The notes: generated from the sequence alone by a model not told the origin. Shown: positions 1 to 14,230, counted from the stretch's first letter. The stretch is DNA of 55,207 nucleotides from Paraglomus brasilianum (GCA_910592345.1 CAJVPI010000094.1:1-55207), one strand, 5' to 3'. Program-made: numbers and translations.

Positions 1-516
1 TTACTAAAAAAGTACAAAGAACATTTAGTTAAGGCTAAATTAGAAAGAAATTATTATAACAAAAATACGAAATTAGCAGAACAACAGAGGAAATTAGTAG
101 TAGTAGACGAGAATTATCTTGTGACAGAAGGTAAAGCCAATTTTTGCAGTATTGACGCGACTGCTCATTACAGTTACGATTGGGCACAAAACGTTCACGT
201 GCCCCATTCTGACCAACAGATTTATTATCTCAGTCCGCGTAAAGTACATTTATTTGGTATCCAAAATGAAGCAGTCCGTGAACAAATTAATTACGTTCTT
301 GATGAAGACGAGATTATTGGCAAAGGTCCTAATGGTACGCTGAGCATGGTATTCGATGGAATAAAGAAATTGAACAAAGGCGAAAAGCATTTAAAGATTA
401 CTTGTGACAATGCGGGAGGACAGAATAAAAATAATGTTACTATTTGATTTTACCTATATTTAGTAATTTGTGGTTATTATGAAAGTGTCGAACTAAATTT
501 CATGGTACCTGGACAT
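1..516 (+). mobile_element. Degenerate DDD/E-type DNA transposase fragment (Sola-like), truncated, with an internal stop
   Basis: Frame 1 is open from base 1. Motifs YSYDWAQNVHVP, YLSPRKVHLFGI, GKGPNGTLSM and CDNAGGQNKN are followed by TGA at 445-447, then FYLYLVICGYYESVELNFMVPGH in the same frame to 516. DNxGGQNKN...FxxxGH is a transposase catalytic-region signature. Superfamily assignment is from memory. Confidence 0.65.
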
Positions 517-689
517 TATATTAACCATGTTATAACTTCATATCCATCTTAGCCAACTTTAATGTTAGTCACATTCCGCATGATATTAATTGTATATAAG
601 ATTACAGCTGTGATAGTTGAAGTGTTATTAACCAAATTAGTTAACTTTCAGCCACACCAGCATCTCATTTATGTATGTCACATAATAGA

Positions 690-880
690 ATGTTCACTTT
701 GTCTGGTTTTGTTGCAGTCTGCCCCAAATAGTAAACGGGAGAGTTAATTATTATTATTAATTGACATGATGAAAATAAAATGAGGGGTAATAACACCTTG
801 TGGCATTCAGCAATTTTGACCCCCTGAAATCTTCTGTGACGCTATGTTCACTTTGTCTGGTTTTGTTGCAGTCTGCCCCA
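690..880. repeat. 37-bp exact direct repeat (690-726 and 844-880)
   Basis: ATGTTCACTTTGTCTGGTTTTGTTGCAGTCTGCCCCA occurs twice. Confidence 0.9.
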
Positions 881-3800
881 TATTACAGTAATGTAAACCC
901 TTATCACATCTTGAAAAGGAGAGTAAATACTCTAGTAAACCCATACCTATTGGAGATTTGCCCAAACCAAAAAACAGTTATGATTTTGATTCAGTTGTAG
1001 GTATGATGACAGCAATTGGTTACTTATATTCAAACAACGTCAATTACAATATTAACATTGTCCATCGTTTTATAACTTAGTGACTCAAAGTTTTGAATAA
1101 ACTTGTGATTCACAGTTTATTACAGTTTTCTTTATGCTTTACCCCTCTTCAATTAAACATGGTAGTTTCCATGCATGTTAATATTAATATGAGTTGAGTT
1201 AATAAGGTTTGAAATAATATTGCACATTTAACCGGTTGGCAGCTAGATCACCAGAATATATAGTAATAGTACATCATTTATTATAGAGTGAATATTGAGA
1301 ACCAACTATCTAAAGTTTATGAAATTGGGAATGAGTTTATGCTACTATTTCTATCAATATTCACGAATTACGAGAAAAAAATTGATCATGGCTTCGAATA
1401 TTATTGCAATATGTAACAGTGAAAGCAATTTCACCCACAGCTGGCAAGTTTGCACGATAAGGCACTCGTGCTAAACAAAATAATCAACTCTACTCAACGT
1501 ATTCAGCGTTTACTATGTCAAAGTAATAAATCACGATAACTGAACATGTCTGTATTGTTAAGTCGCTACGGGACGTTGTCTGCTATTAGTTAACGTATTC
1601 TTGGGTAAAGATCCCAGCCTCTCGATATTACGTAAATCAGCAAGATGAATCAATAATGTTCTTAAGGGTATTGAGCTGTCTACAAGAAATCGTGTGAATA
1701 AATATCCTTCTGTGTGCTAATCTATATAACTTTCTCTGTAATTGGATTAATTGATTTATTAATGCACAGCACTCCGTTCCATTGGTTATTTTCGTTAATG
1801 CAGACTATTCGTTAAACCGGACTCATTGTATATTTATATTAGTATTAAGTTGGCAGAAACTTCGAGCGTAAATGGAACTCGTGAGCAGACGACGCGTAGT
1901 CTCCAGATCCTATCTCTTGAGTAATTGATTCGAATAACTAATACGCGATAATCAGCGATAGACTACAGTTGTAATGCAACGGTTAACCATATTTACGATC
2001 ATAACTATTTACACGTCTAATGAGCTAATTTGTCTTAGTGGAAAAATTGTGAAATAACACGAACATACAATAGAGATATAGAAATAGCTGTAAAATATCA
2101 TTTACAGTTGAAATTGTGTTTAGGATATGCCATATAAAAATGTTGCATTCGGTTAAATTTAACCGGGGGAATTCTTAAAACTTTGCTCTAAACGTGGTTA
2201 ATTATAATCTCATTTACATCTTCTTGAGTGGAAGTATCGGTGATTGCCTTGAGCAGAAAGAACTGGCACAGTCTTTACAGCGGTAACCTAACTATAAACA
2301 GCAGTCAATTACAAGCGACAATGCAACGCGAGAACCGTTTCCTAAGAAAAACTACAGGCTGGCAACCGTTGAAGTTACAAATTCTGGAAAGGGACAGATG
2401 CAACCAAAACGTCGATTCTGTGAGCCACCTTGCTGTTTTCTTGAAAATAGTTTACGTATAACTTACCCAGATATGACTCAGCCCCGACTCGATAACTATC
2501 CTCGATGAACGTTATTAATTGCTTGCATCCGTTGTTGTTCTTTCCATTTGATATTCTGCCATCAATATAAACGCCGGGATGTTTAGCGTGTCGTGTGTTG
2601 CCATTGTACTCATGATCCATTTACGACATGGTTTGTCAATTTATTCTTTAGTTATAAAATAAGTATTTGCGTGGTCGGAAATAAGCCATTGCTGACTATT
2701 CTATATTTGATTGTTCCAGTGAAATCTGTGCTATTTGTAATTGGTTATATCATTAATATACAATATTTCTCTCCTCTATAGCGAAGTGCCGTAGTGGGCA
2801 CTTAACAATGCTTTGGTGACGTCATCATAAACGACTATAGGTGACGGAAAATCCGTCCCTAATACTATTTATTGTACTAGTACATATACAGATTTTTGCT
2901 TATCAGTAATAGTAATATAATTTATTATGATTTGGTACATAGTAATAGAATACATATCTATTTATATGCACATCTCGCCATCAACATCTTTCTTTGCTAA
3001 CGTAATCCTTATACAAACACAATCAGGTGCAAACTAGGGTTTAAGTGTAGCAGGTTAGTGTCACAAGTTGGTCATCCAGGTAAACCGGATGTTTAACTGG
3101 GTTAATCTAGTTTTACTAAGTTGTGACTAGGAGAAAATGTTGTATTAGGTTTTTGTTTGGAAAGACAATAAAACGAGTGTGTTGGACGAACATTTAAGAT
3201 GCAGGAATTGAACACAGCAAAGTGCAGGAAGGGAAAAAGGAAAGTGCAATACGATAATATTGATATAGGCATAATGGACAAGTTAAAGATCGTCTGATAA
3301 AGTGTCACAAATATTTTCAGGGGTTCATCCGGTTTATTCTGCTATCTGCTATTACTATTCAAACCCTATTTTCGTAATTCAGGTTGGCTTATCTAACCAA
3401 CCGTTAAGACCAATTGGTATTTGGATTATTATTATCGATGGAAGGGTAATTATCCTCCGATTTCTAATTTAATGACGCAGAGTTTAATTTAGATTATCTT
3501 GTGTTTCCATAACTTGCTTGATTAAGCAGTAGCAATAGTAATAATAATAACAACTCCATCAATCAACAGACGAAATCTCAATCTCGGGTTATTACGGACA
3601 TATTACAAGTTGTTTGTAACGCAGTACATAATTCTGATCGCTTTGCATTCCCGTAATGCCTATTACTATATGAGCAAGAATATGTTACAGAATGTGCAAA
3701 AGCGGATTGCATTAAGAAGTTAGCATATTGCATATGGAACATATACGTATGGTATACAGAAACTGCCACTTTGTCATCGCTTAATTGCGGCAATTATTAA

Positions 3801-6800
3801 TAAGATTAATTTATCGCCAAATATGGTGATCTTAACGTTAATGTCAAAGTTTTTGATGCCTCTTAAATAATTGTTGGAATTAGGGATAGTGTAGTTAATA
3901 CGGATGCTCTCGTATCAGACAGAGGGAAATGCGGGTATTTCTTTTCCACAAAAATGTTCTTCAAAAAAAATTCTACTTTTCTTTTTCAACCAAAAGACTG
4001 TGCTTGAAAGGCTATTAAAAGTATGCGACGCTTAGGTGAGTCAAAACAGAATCTGTAATGCACAGTATTAAGTACGTAGTTTTGGGAAACATGGAAGTGT
4101 GGCTACGCAGTTGAGTACAGAATTTAATTACGGCAAATTTATAACGAGCAGGTGTATTTACTAACTTGCATTATAGGAAAACACTTTGCTAGAAAATTCT
4201 TTATCTGTTTCAAGGATTGAAGTTACTCAACAAAATACGCGTTTGATTGATGAGATACGTTTATTGACATTGAAAATTATCTAGTCATTACACGTGTTTA
4301 GACTTAATTGTAAAACCTGGTAGTTCTGGTGAAAGGAGACAAACATGAAAGATAGCCCATCATCTTAACGGGAATTGTTGTTCTTCAACATGAAGGTTGA
4401 TTTCGGGAGTGAAAGTAATATAATTACATTATTTACATGATTGTAGGTTATTCACACTCAATATTAGGTGTTTCATAATGCAATCGATAAAAATAACCCG
4501 TCTCCAAGTTTTGGCAATTGACGTGACCTACCAGCTAGTTAAAAAGTATTTGCGCAAAAGTAACCAGTGACTCATATATTACGTAATCGGGTACACTTTT
4601 GTGTATTCAGGGCTTTGAAAATATCATGTTAGTTAATTTGGAGAATTTACAATTCTCAATCATGACTGGATCTAGAGAACCTAGCTGATACTGTTCAAAA
4701 TAATGATCGCGTTTAAGGTGGCAAATCTTATCACCTAGTTTGGTTTTACTTTTGAAAAAAAGCCTTAACATGTTCTTTATCCTATTATTTAGCATCGTAT
4801 TATAAGTTCATCGTGGTGGATTCAACATAAACGATTCTGTTGTCTACGCATTCCCATTAAAGGTTATCAAGTATAACTCACAAGCTTCTCAGATAATGCA
4901 ATAACTCATAATAAAAAGACTCATTACCTCCACCATAACCCTCAAGTGATAATGAAACAAATACAATCCTGTCAATAAGTATTCTGACTTTGTAATCTGC
5001 AACCATGACTGAACCAACATAACGTTCAGCATGTCTTTGACTAACAACTGAAACTGGATTGCAGGATAGTGTTGGTTTTGTCTGATACAGACAATGGGTA
5101 TAGATAAGCGTAATTATGTAGATAGATTATAAAGACACATTAACGCGATTTATACATTTAAACATTCTTTCGTGTGAATAACTTTTGGATATAACTGGCA
5201 AAAATTGATTTACTGAGAGAATTAAATTCCAAGCTTTTATGCAGACTTAAACTATTTGAAGCCAAATTCACAATATGGCACATGTTGGAGATTCCAGGCG
5301 TTACTTGTTCCGGCTAGATGCCATTGTTGCATTGGTTGTTCGAAGAGATTCAATCAATTGCAGCCAGTGGAGAGATTTTTGCAGTAAAAATATAGAACTA
5401 GGTAAGTATTAGCCAAGTAGTAGCAATTAGCAAGCGAAACGTTTCATTGAGAAAGTTGGAAACGATTATAAAAAAGGTTTGTGATTGCACAATTAACATG
5501 GTCGATTTATTGGGATTGCGGATTATTTAATGTTTCCCACATACCTTGTTTAAGGTTACTAATTACTCTAAGTATTAGCATTTATTGATAGAATGTAATA
5601 GGTGAGGCTTTGACCAGAATGCGTAAGCCCGAAAAGTAAAATGGTAAGCTTTATACCTTTATTGTTCAGAAGAAGAACTAGCATACATAGATGACGTATT
5701 ATTAGATGTACTATATTGGTTACTACTATCGATTGCACACCTATAGATAATTTGGTTAACAATTAATGTGGGTATGCATATTAATTTAGCCAAAATTTAG
5801 TGCTCTCGATAGTGATCAATACGCAATAACACTCATCACTTGCTCAATACATTTGAAATACAGTCGGAATACCAGACTAGCTGTAATAATATGTAAGATT
5901 GCCCTTCCCACCACGCTGTTTATGCATACTCACGTGAAAGACGCACGCTATCCATGTAATCTTTACGAGAACGCGGCAAAAAAGAAGCACGCACCCAATT
6001 TATTTCGCTTTCTGGGTTAAATTAGATGCACGAGAAAATTGTAGTTTATGTTTTAACCAGAATTGGTATAGTCGAATCCCAGAATCGTTGCTTGTACGCC
6101 ATCCGTTTCGGGGAGCATTTATTGCGCCCAAATTTCTCACCAACGAGGAGACGGTGGTACATGCTAATAACCTTTTTTCTTTACTTTTCTATAAAGAACA
6201 TGTGGAAAGCAATAAAAGGTTGGTAAAGGTTGGTAAAGGTTGGCCTAATCGATTCTCAAGTGTCAAGTCACACGTTCATAACTTTCTTTGTATGATGAGT
6301 TTGTTCATGTTGCTATAATATCTATAAAAAAACTTGGATAAATTATTAGCCTCTTTTTGATTCGATTAAAAAAAATTTTCCTCTTTTGTTTTAATTATAC
6401 TATAAATGCTCAAGGGAGATAAAAAATTTTTTATTAAGTTTGTTATTTGTTAATTTTTTAATTATACTTTATTGTCATGCTACACTAAAAGCTTAGTTTA
6501 TTTATTGATAAAAAACTTTTTTCCATTGTTTTCTGCGGATCATCAGCAGATTATCAAAATTGTTGCCACAAATAACATTACACGAACGTAATTTGACCCC
6601 TTTAAATAGTGATCAAATATTTTCCACGGATTTATGTCTAAATGAGGCAATCATTAACCCAAGTCACCCAATACCAAAATATTCCCACTGTTAATACCGA
6701 AAAGGATATTGTTATTCAAAATAAAACTTTTTCCTGATCAGCGACTTGTTTATGCAACGGTGGGCATGAGATAATTATAAATACAACTATAAAAGTATAC

Positions 6801-6831
6801 ATCAAAAATATACTGCTAAGATATAATTAGC

Positions 6832-6899
6832 CAATATAAATAACGTATATCAACGGCCGTTATATACTGTATAGCCGTTGATATACGTTATTTATATTG
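6832..6899. repeat. Perfect 26-bp inverted repeat with a 16-nt loop
   Basis: CAATATAAATAACGTATATCAACGGC (6832-6857) is the exact reverse complement of 6874-6899. Confidence 0.95.
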
Positions 6900-8186
6900 C
6901 GAATACCACTCATCACAGCACACACACAACACAGCATACGTTTAGAAAATGTCCAATTTATTCCACGTTGAAATATTTATAACCATGAATTCCTATACAA
7001 CATAATGAAACCCATATCATACAAACAAAAAAAGACATCGACTATACACACGAAACAAGAATTAAGAAAAGTAGAAGAGAGGGGACGATACAGCTATTAT
7101 CATCGTCCAGATGAACGTGCATCGCATGCATCAACTATTTAAATTATTGTGTGGTGTATGAAAATGTTATACAAAACTGTGTGTTGTTATACTAATCAGT
7201 CATTGGACTGAGATCCCTTGCCAGCAGAATCAAATGGTGTGTAACAAGAAATAATAGGGGAGAGAGGGAAAAAAAAAAAGTATACGATGACAAAACGATG
7301 AAGGTATAAAGAAAAAAAAATAATCCATCCACCACCAGATTGAAAAAAATAAAATAGTATATATGTAAAGAAGCAAAAGAAAAGAAAAAGTGAAAAGGCG
7401 ATGTAGAGTGAGAGAAATATATAGAGGAAAAAATATAAAGTAAAAAAACAACTATCTACACATATATACACAAATAGAAATACAAGTGATAGTTAATTCA
7501 CGTGCGATTGACTACTTTGTAAAAAGTTGAAGAGATTGTATGATTCTTTAACAACAACGACGACAACGACGGCAAAGCCCTTCTCAACTAATTACCCATT
7601 CCAATTGCTACTACCACTAATACGCTGCTGCTGATGCTGCCGTTCTTTCCTTGCATCAGACAGTCAAAAAACCATAAATAAATACAATAAATATATAACT
7701 CTTATATCTTCTAACATAACAATGACCGTAAATCATAGCACCATCTTCATATCCACTTAAGATAACCATATTATATATATATCGCATATCCCAAACAAAA
7801 TAATAAAAATCCTGCAATTTTTTTCATTCATACAACATTCATAGATTCCAATTCTTTAACGTCTCTCTTGTGCAAAAAAGTTGAAAGGCGGGGAAGCACG
7901 GTGCGAGAGCACGAAGAAGAGAACGAGGGGGGAGGGATAAATCAAGAGAAGAAAATAATAGTCCATTCGATAGGAAGTATAAAAAAAATTAAAAGAGATC
8001 GAACATCGGAAAATAGTTTACGAGATTAATTCTAAGGAAAAAAAAAACTACAAAAATAAAATATACCCAAACATTTATATCTACAAGAAACTAAAACCAC
8101 CACTAAATTCTCCTGCGCCCACCCTTTTCCCTTCCCTTTCCACATCTCTCTTCCTCAATCCTTTTTATTTTATTTTTTTTACACTA

Positions 8187-9063
8187 TTATCTCTTTTTTG
8201 ATAAAATTCCCAATATCTTCTTCATTTTACCCCCTCCGATTCTCTTCATTCGTCCCGACTTTACCGTAGAATCAGATTGTCCCGTATACTCGCAAGACTC
8301 TGTGCTTCTGATATGTGACAAGACAGATAATGTGGAATCGTTATGATTTGAATATGCGTTATCCTCATTGTTATCATCGCCCGTTATTCCTTCAGAGCAC
8401 GACGAGTTTGCATCTTCTTCCTCTTCTATATCTTCTTCTTCTTCTTCTACTTCTTGTTCGTCAGATACAAACATGTCGTTCCCACTAGCATTGGAATTAC
8501 GATTACCGTCATTGTAGCTATAGCTCCTATCGTCCGCATCTACGTAAACAGACTCTTCTTCATCTTCTTCCTCATCTTCATAATCGTCGTCATTTTCGTC
8601 GTCATCATCGTCATACTCGTCACTATCACTGTCATCATCATCCCCTTGTTCGGGCGTCTCTGGTGGAGAATAGATGCCATCTGCAAATTCTCCTAATGAG
8701 CATTTCCCAAACGCAACTCGAGGAAAATGCAACTTTTTTAGCTTTTCCAATTTCTTCTCAAATTGCTTTTCGATATTTTTTATCTTTTTCTTCTTGGCTG
8801 TTTCGGTCTCGTTTCCGTTCGTTGTTGCTACTGTGGCGTTCATGGAGCTTCCAGTCAATTCCGATATTTCCTTTGTAGATGTAGTAGGACACGTAGAGAT
8901 GGCTGGTATGAACGGAGATAGAGGTGATGTCAAAGGAGTAGCCAGCAGAGATGTCGAAAAGGGAGGAGATACGTTGGTTGATTTGGGGGCAAAGGCTATG
9001 GACCATCGACGGGTCGGTTTTGGCTGAGATGAGAAATATTGTTTAGGACGAGCTTGGGACTGT

Positions 9064-9095
<32 letters not shown>

Positions 9096-10478
9096 TTGCT
9101 GTTGTTGTTGCTGTTGTTGTTGCTGCTGTCGTCGTTTTTGTTTCGATGACACTTGCTGTGAAGTAGCCGTTGGAACCGACTTTGACGATTTAGAAGACAC
9201 AGACTTTGCACGACCACTTTTCCTTGAAGTAGCTGTTAGCATGCGATTTTCCACTTGTGTTTCAGGCAGATCAGATTGTTTATATTGGACATCGACTTCT
9301 ATTTCATAGTATTTCTCATCGGCCTTTTCATCCTCTACCACTGTCCGATCAGACGAGTATTTAGTATGATTACTCAAACCAGTCAAGTCACTATACTCGT
9401 CCGAATTGGAATCATCAAAAACATTCTTGTTGATGACTGGGATGGAAAGCAGAAAAAAGGAATAGATTAGCATTATTGCCCTAGTGTGCGTGTATGTATG
9501 CGTGTGGTATGCGTGTGTGTATGCGTGTATGATAGAATAGTAACTAATCTCACCTTCATCGGTCATATGCTTGTCACGTATCTTTTTGAGTTTTTCACTT
9601 TCTTCTCGCAACAAGAGATAATAGTCCTTCACGCTCCTGTCACCCATGTTGCCATCCTTCCAAACATTACTGATAGCATCTTTTCTGCTAATCCTAAATT
9701 TGTTTTCACTTTCGGACTTGTTTGTGTTGATGATGTTATTATTATCATTACCATTAGTATTATTATTATTTGCATCATCGTTTTCCGCCTTCTTGACCCA
9801 TTCACTTTCGCTCCTCAATATAAAACTACCATCTTTTGCAGCACTCCTCTTCATCACATGAGCTTCTAATAGATTTATTCTCCACATTGCCACCTGATAT
9901 TCCTCTTGAGCTTTTCGTAAGGCTTCATCTTTACTTTGGATGACTTGCTTCAGGGCTTGGATAGTGATGCGAGCTTGAGTTATTTCAGCTTCGAGAGTGC
10001 AGTTTTGGACTTTGAGGAAGGAATTTTCGATGCTGATGAATTGAGATGAAGCATGGATGGGATGCATTGGACGATCTAGACGAGATTGAGGCCGTTCGAA
10101 AGCGATAAAGGTGTTGTCGTCATCGTCATCGTCATCGTCGGAAGGATAGTCCTCTTCGGAATCAGACGAGGATGGTGAGAGGGTTGGCGAAAGTGAATTG
10201 AAAGAGGGGGAGTGAGAGGTTGGTACGGGGGATGTGGGTTTAAGGGAGTTTGGAGAGTTGAGCGAGTTGAGCGAGTTGAGGGTTGTGACGGAGTTTGGAG
10301 ACTGGCATGATGCATCCATGCCATCGCTGTAATCGTCATTGATGTCTTTATATTTATTGTCTCTGTTGTCATTCTTGAAATATTTATTGTTCTTGTATCT
10401 TTGGGAGGGTTTGGATGGTTCAAGTTCTACTCTAATGTGTAAATCGATGTCTGAGCAATCAAGGATATCGTCGCCCAT
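8187..10478 (-). CDS. Orphan low-complexity protein (coiled coil, polyQ, Ser-rich and acidic tracts), ~724 aa after removing one 117-nt intron (9437-9553)
   Basis: 763-codon ORF. Heptad-like segment LEAEITQARITIQALKQVIQSKDEALRKAQEEYQVAMWRINLLE. The in-frame intron has donor GTGAGA, branch GCTAAT, a pyrimidine tract and CAG. Confidence 0.75.
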
Positions 10479-11458
10479 CGTCTAATATAACTACTATATT
10501 TAATATTACTATACTAATAAGCTATACATGTGTATAATAATTTTTTGTATGGGGTTTTTATGTAAAGGGTTATGTTATGTAAAGGGGGGGGGGGGAAGGT
10601 AAAAAAATATAAGAGTATATAAAACTATCCTAATTATTATTTATATGAATATGAAGTAAAAGGATAGAGAAGATGCAAGCGTGGACGACTCGTGTCTCTA
10701 TTTATGTAAATTTTTTTTTCAGCGCAGAGTCAAAGAGCGGCCGATGCAAACACAAACTGGAAGTTCTTGTTCGCATATTAGAATGAATAGTCGATTGCAC
10801 AAGTATGTATAGTGTGAGTAATATAAGTAATATAAATATTTATATGCAAATATACAGGATACAATAGAAACGATTGTCCGATATAATATTGTCTATTGTA
10901 ATAACATATTTAAGGTATTTAAGATTAAGACAAGTTTATTGGTTTGTGAATTCATCATGTGATATTAGTCCATATTACCATAAACAGAAGCCGATACGAA
11001 ATTTGATAAATTGGGAGTATTGTCAATCATATTAGGATAAATAGAATATTCAGTGTACGATGTAATGTGCGATGCAAGTGCGATGTAATGTGTGTAATGT
11101 GCGATATGTGCGATGTAAAAATTCCAAATGAAAAAAGAAAGTTTTATATTATTATTATCAATACAATAAAATCTTATTAATATTATTCTCAAAATACGTC
11201 ATCAGCGCAATTAGAATTAAGAAGACAAAGGCTTGCTTATCCCGAGATAATTGACAAATGGTCACAACAGTGAAAAAAAAAAAGAGATGATAATGATATT
11301 GATGCCGATAATAATGATGATAATGATGGAGATAATTAAATGATACTTTGATGATAATAATAAATGATGCTGATTATGGGCGGTGATGATGGTAATAGCA
11401 ATGACATTTACGATAGTAATGGTGATGTAGATGCCTATGATGTAGATGCCTATGATGA

Positions 11459-11581
11459 TAATACTTTACGATGACTGTAATACTTTACGATGACTGTGAT
11501 GACTGTAATCCTTTACGATGACTGTAATACTCTACGATGACTGTAATACTCTACGATGACTGTAATACTTTACGATGACTA
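11459..11581. repeat. 19-bp minisatellite (TAATACTYTACGATGACTG), about 6 full units plus one partial
   Basis: Direct tandem units are visible. They are preceded by a 15-bp duplication, TGTAGATGCCTATGA x2. Confidence 0.9.
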
Positions 11582-13074
11582 TAATACACTATAATACTTT
11601 AATCATGTCACCTGACATCCTCATATCTCGGCTTCTCATTTTCTTTTTCACTCTCCTTATTCTCTCGCATTTCAACTGCACCTATTTGATATTCCTCGGA
11701 ACACCAATAGACGATCAACTGCAACCCGGTGTATAGAATTGTTAATTCGAGATTGCCTAATCAGATACCCTACCTCGTTCCTTTTTGGACAACAAAAACT
11801 TAGGATATATCGCAAAATAGGGAAAAAAAAAAAAGAATATATGGTTAAGACAAATCGAAGAATAAGAATAAATGGCATAGAGGGATAGGCCGACCGGGGA
11901 GCAAATAGGGTTTATTGCCAAGGGTTTGATCAGGTGAAACGAAGCAGGTATAATTAGTATTATTATTAAATTAATAAATAAAGTTATTAGTTGAGAATTA
12001 AAAAGGAAGGTAAAAAAAAGCAAGGTAAAAAAAAAGATTAATTAAAATAAATGTGACACACACACTTAAGATTTGCGCCTATGATGCAATTTGTGTTTAA
12101 TTTCTCTCGACAAGAAAAGGTTTGAATAGAATAGAGCATGTTATGTAGCAACTAGTGTCTCCGTGTTATAAGAATTCAATGAGATCATTACGGACATTCG
12201 GTCATTGAAATAACAGCGGCTTATTTGACTATTGGTGATCATAATCAATACAACTCTATATTTCTGTTTGCCACAATTGTTCATTACCTACCCTTAATAT
12301 CGAATATTAAATATTTACCCTTTCCGTCAATCGGATATTTGGTTTTACTAATTCCACTTGTCCTTTTCCCTATACCAGATACCCCCTACGCCCCTTGGAT
12401 CACATTAATCGTATTCATTTCCTTTTATATTTTAGACACCTACTTTTTTTTTTTTTCCCATTGACTACGATTTTCGTCTCTAAATGGAGAATATAATGTA
12501 TCAGAGATTAATTTACTCGTTCATTATCGCTTCACATGCGTAATCAATGTCGTCTAGCCAATCCCTGCATAAATGGGTGAGCTCTGTTGAGGTTTCGAGG
12601 TCAGGTGAGCTCTGTTGATTGTTGATTATTGATTACCTTGTTCGATTAGCGTCGTTTGTTTTTAAACCATCTCTGTGTTTCTGTATTGCCAAAGCATACA
12701 TATATACATGCAACGTACCTTATCCTACTTGCACTTGTAACAAACGCAGCCATCTCACAAGCTTACAACTACCGATACTAATAATAACTACGAATAATTG
12801 AAAACATTCACATGTCGAGTCACCTTATTGACTAGATCGAATGTAGGGCGCTGAGTACAGACTGGATTACACTATATGATTCATATTTCCTCACTTGTTC
12901 CGGTATTACCAATGCTTCTTCCCGATCTTTGCCAGGGTAAAAAAGAAAAGAAGGTATCATAGTCAGGCTGTTTAGAAACAAGTAATAGTAATCAAAATTT
13001 ATGAATTACAAATAAGTATTGCACAAATTAAACCAAGCACTTGTGCTGTTGTAATACAATAACATAGTACGATG

Positions 13075-13202
13075 GCGACAACATAGCAACCACTACAGCA
13101 ACAACTACAACAACACATTACAACAACAACAACAACAACAACAACTACTACTACTACTACTACTACACATTACAACGACTACTACTACTACAACAACACA
13201 TT

Positions 13203-13238
<36 letters not shown>

Positions 13239-13320
13239 CATTACTACTACTACAACACTACTACTACTACAACAACACTACTACAACACAACTACTACAT
13301 TACTACATTACATAACACAA
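13075..13320. repeat. Compound (ACA)n/(ACT)n microsatellite
   Basis: Runs of CAA and CTA interrupted by CACATTA. Confidence 0.9.
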
Positions 13321-13429
13321 TAAAGTAACGGCCGTAGCCATATTATTTTTACGTTTTCCGATATCACGTTTCCTTGTACTAGGCAACGGAAAACGATTGA
13401 CCCATATTCACCCTGAAACTCCCTATTAT

Positions 13430-14230
13430 TCTTTTCCATGCATTGTCGATCCTAAATCATGACCCGAACCCTTTTTGTGCTTCATTTCCGTTTCATTCAA
13501 TTCCGGAAATATGGTTATTCGTCCTGCGCTTGTAATAAAGACTTGCCTTTTTTTTTTTTGGCGCCGAGAAATCGACCCACCATCTACTGTCTCCAAGGTA
13601 ACCATTTGCAGTAAAGTCGTCGTCCATTTCATTAATTTTCGTTTGGTCGCACTGCCAATAAACGGTTATTAAGTAGAACAATTGTTGTATTATTTCGGCC
13701 GATTTCGTAATCGTCGATTCTATGTGTGTGGCGTTCTTCATCCGAGTGATACTTATCACAGTAGTTGCAATGACGGTCATGTCCTTTCACTCGGTGTGAC
13801 CCTTCCATGTATTAGAAGCGGTTTTCCATACCACAAACTGGCACAAAATGTTTGTCCATGCAGAGATGATTCTGACAAGTAGAATGTTCTGAGAAAGTTT
13901 GTCTGTTTGATTTGCATGTTGTGGTAATTAAAATTCGTAAATCCAAGTTATTGCACATTGTTGGTGGTTAATTATGAATATGACGGAGATGTTTCAAAAA
14001 ATAAAGATCCAGATGTTGCTCATTTTTGCTTTATCGAGCAGAAGATCGGACACAAGGTTCTTTCAGTCAAGGGAGTTTCTTTGTAGATTCAAGATATCGT
14101 AATTTGTTCGTCGTTATCTATGGTTAGCGGATGCAGATAGGGGCAACATTGTAACCAGACAATTGAAGCCATAGAAGAATGGGTTTATCAAACGGATAAG
14201 AAATGCAAAATCAAACATTATGGGGGGAGA
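13430..14230 (-). pseudogene. Probable decayed protein-coding relic of unknown family (possibly F-box/LRR-like)
   Basis: Protein-like segments (LITVYWQCDQ...GYLGDSRWWVDFS; WLQCCPYLHPLTID...KLP*LKE) are broken by stops and frameshifts. Confidence 0.25.

Noticed and set aside
2843..2881. Short hairpin GACGGAAAATCCGTC followed by CTAG-T as a Helitron 3' end
   Set aside because: The stem is only 6 bp, spacing to CTAG is longer than typical, and no 5' TC end or Rep/helicase relic was identified.
7196..7471. Phe-rich hydrophobic ORFs suggesting membrane proteins
   Set aside because: They are translations of poly-A/purine-rich low-complexity DNA in the 3' flank of the orphan gene.
11459..11581. 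19-bp tandem array as a possible CRISPR
   Set aside because: Units are contiguous with no unique spacers, there are no cas genes, and the context is eukaryotic. It is a minisatellite.
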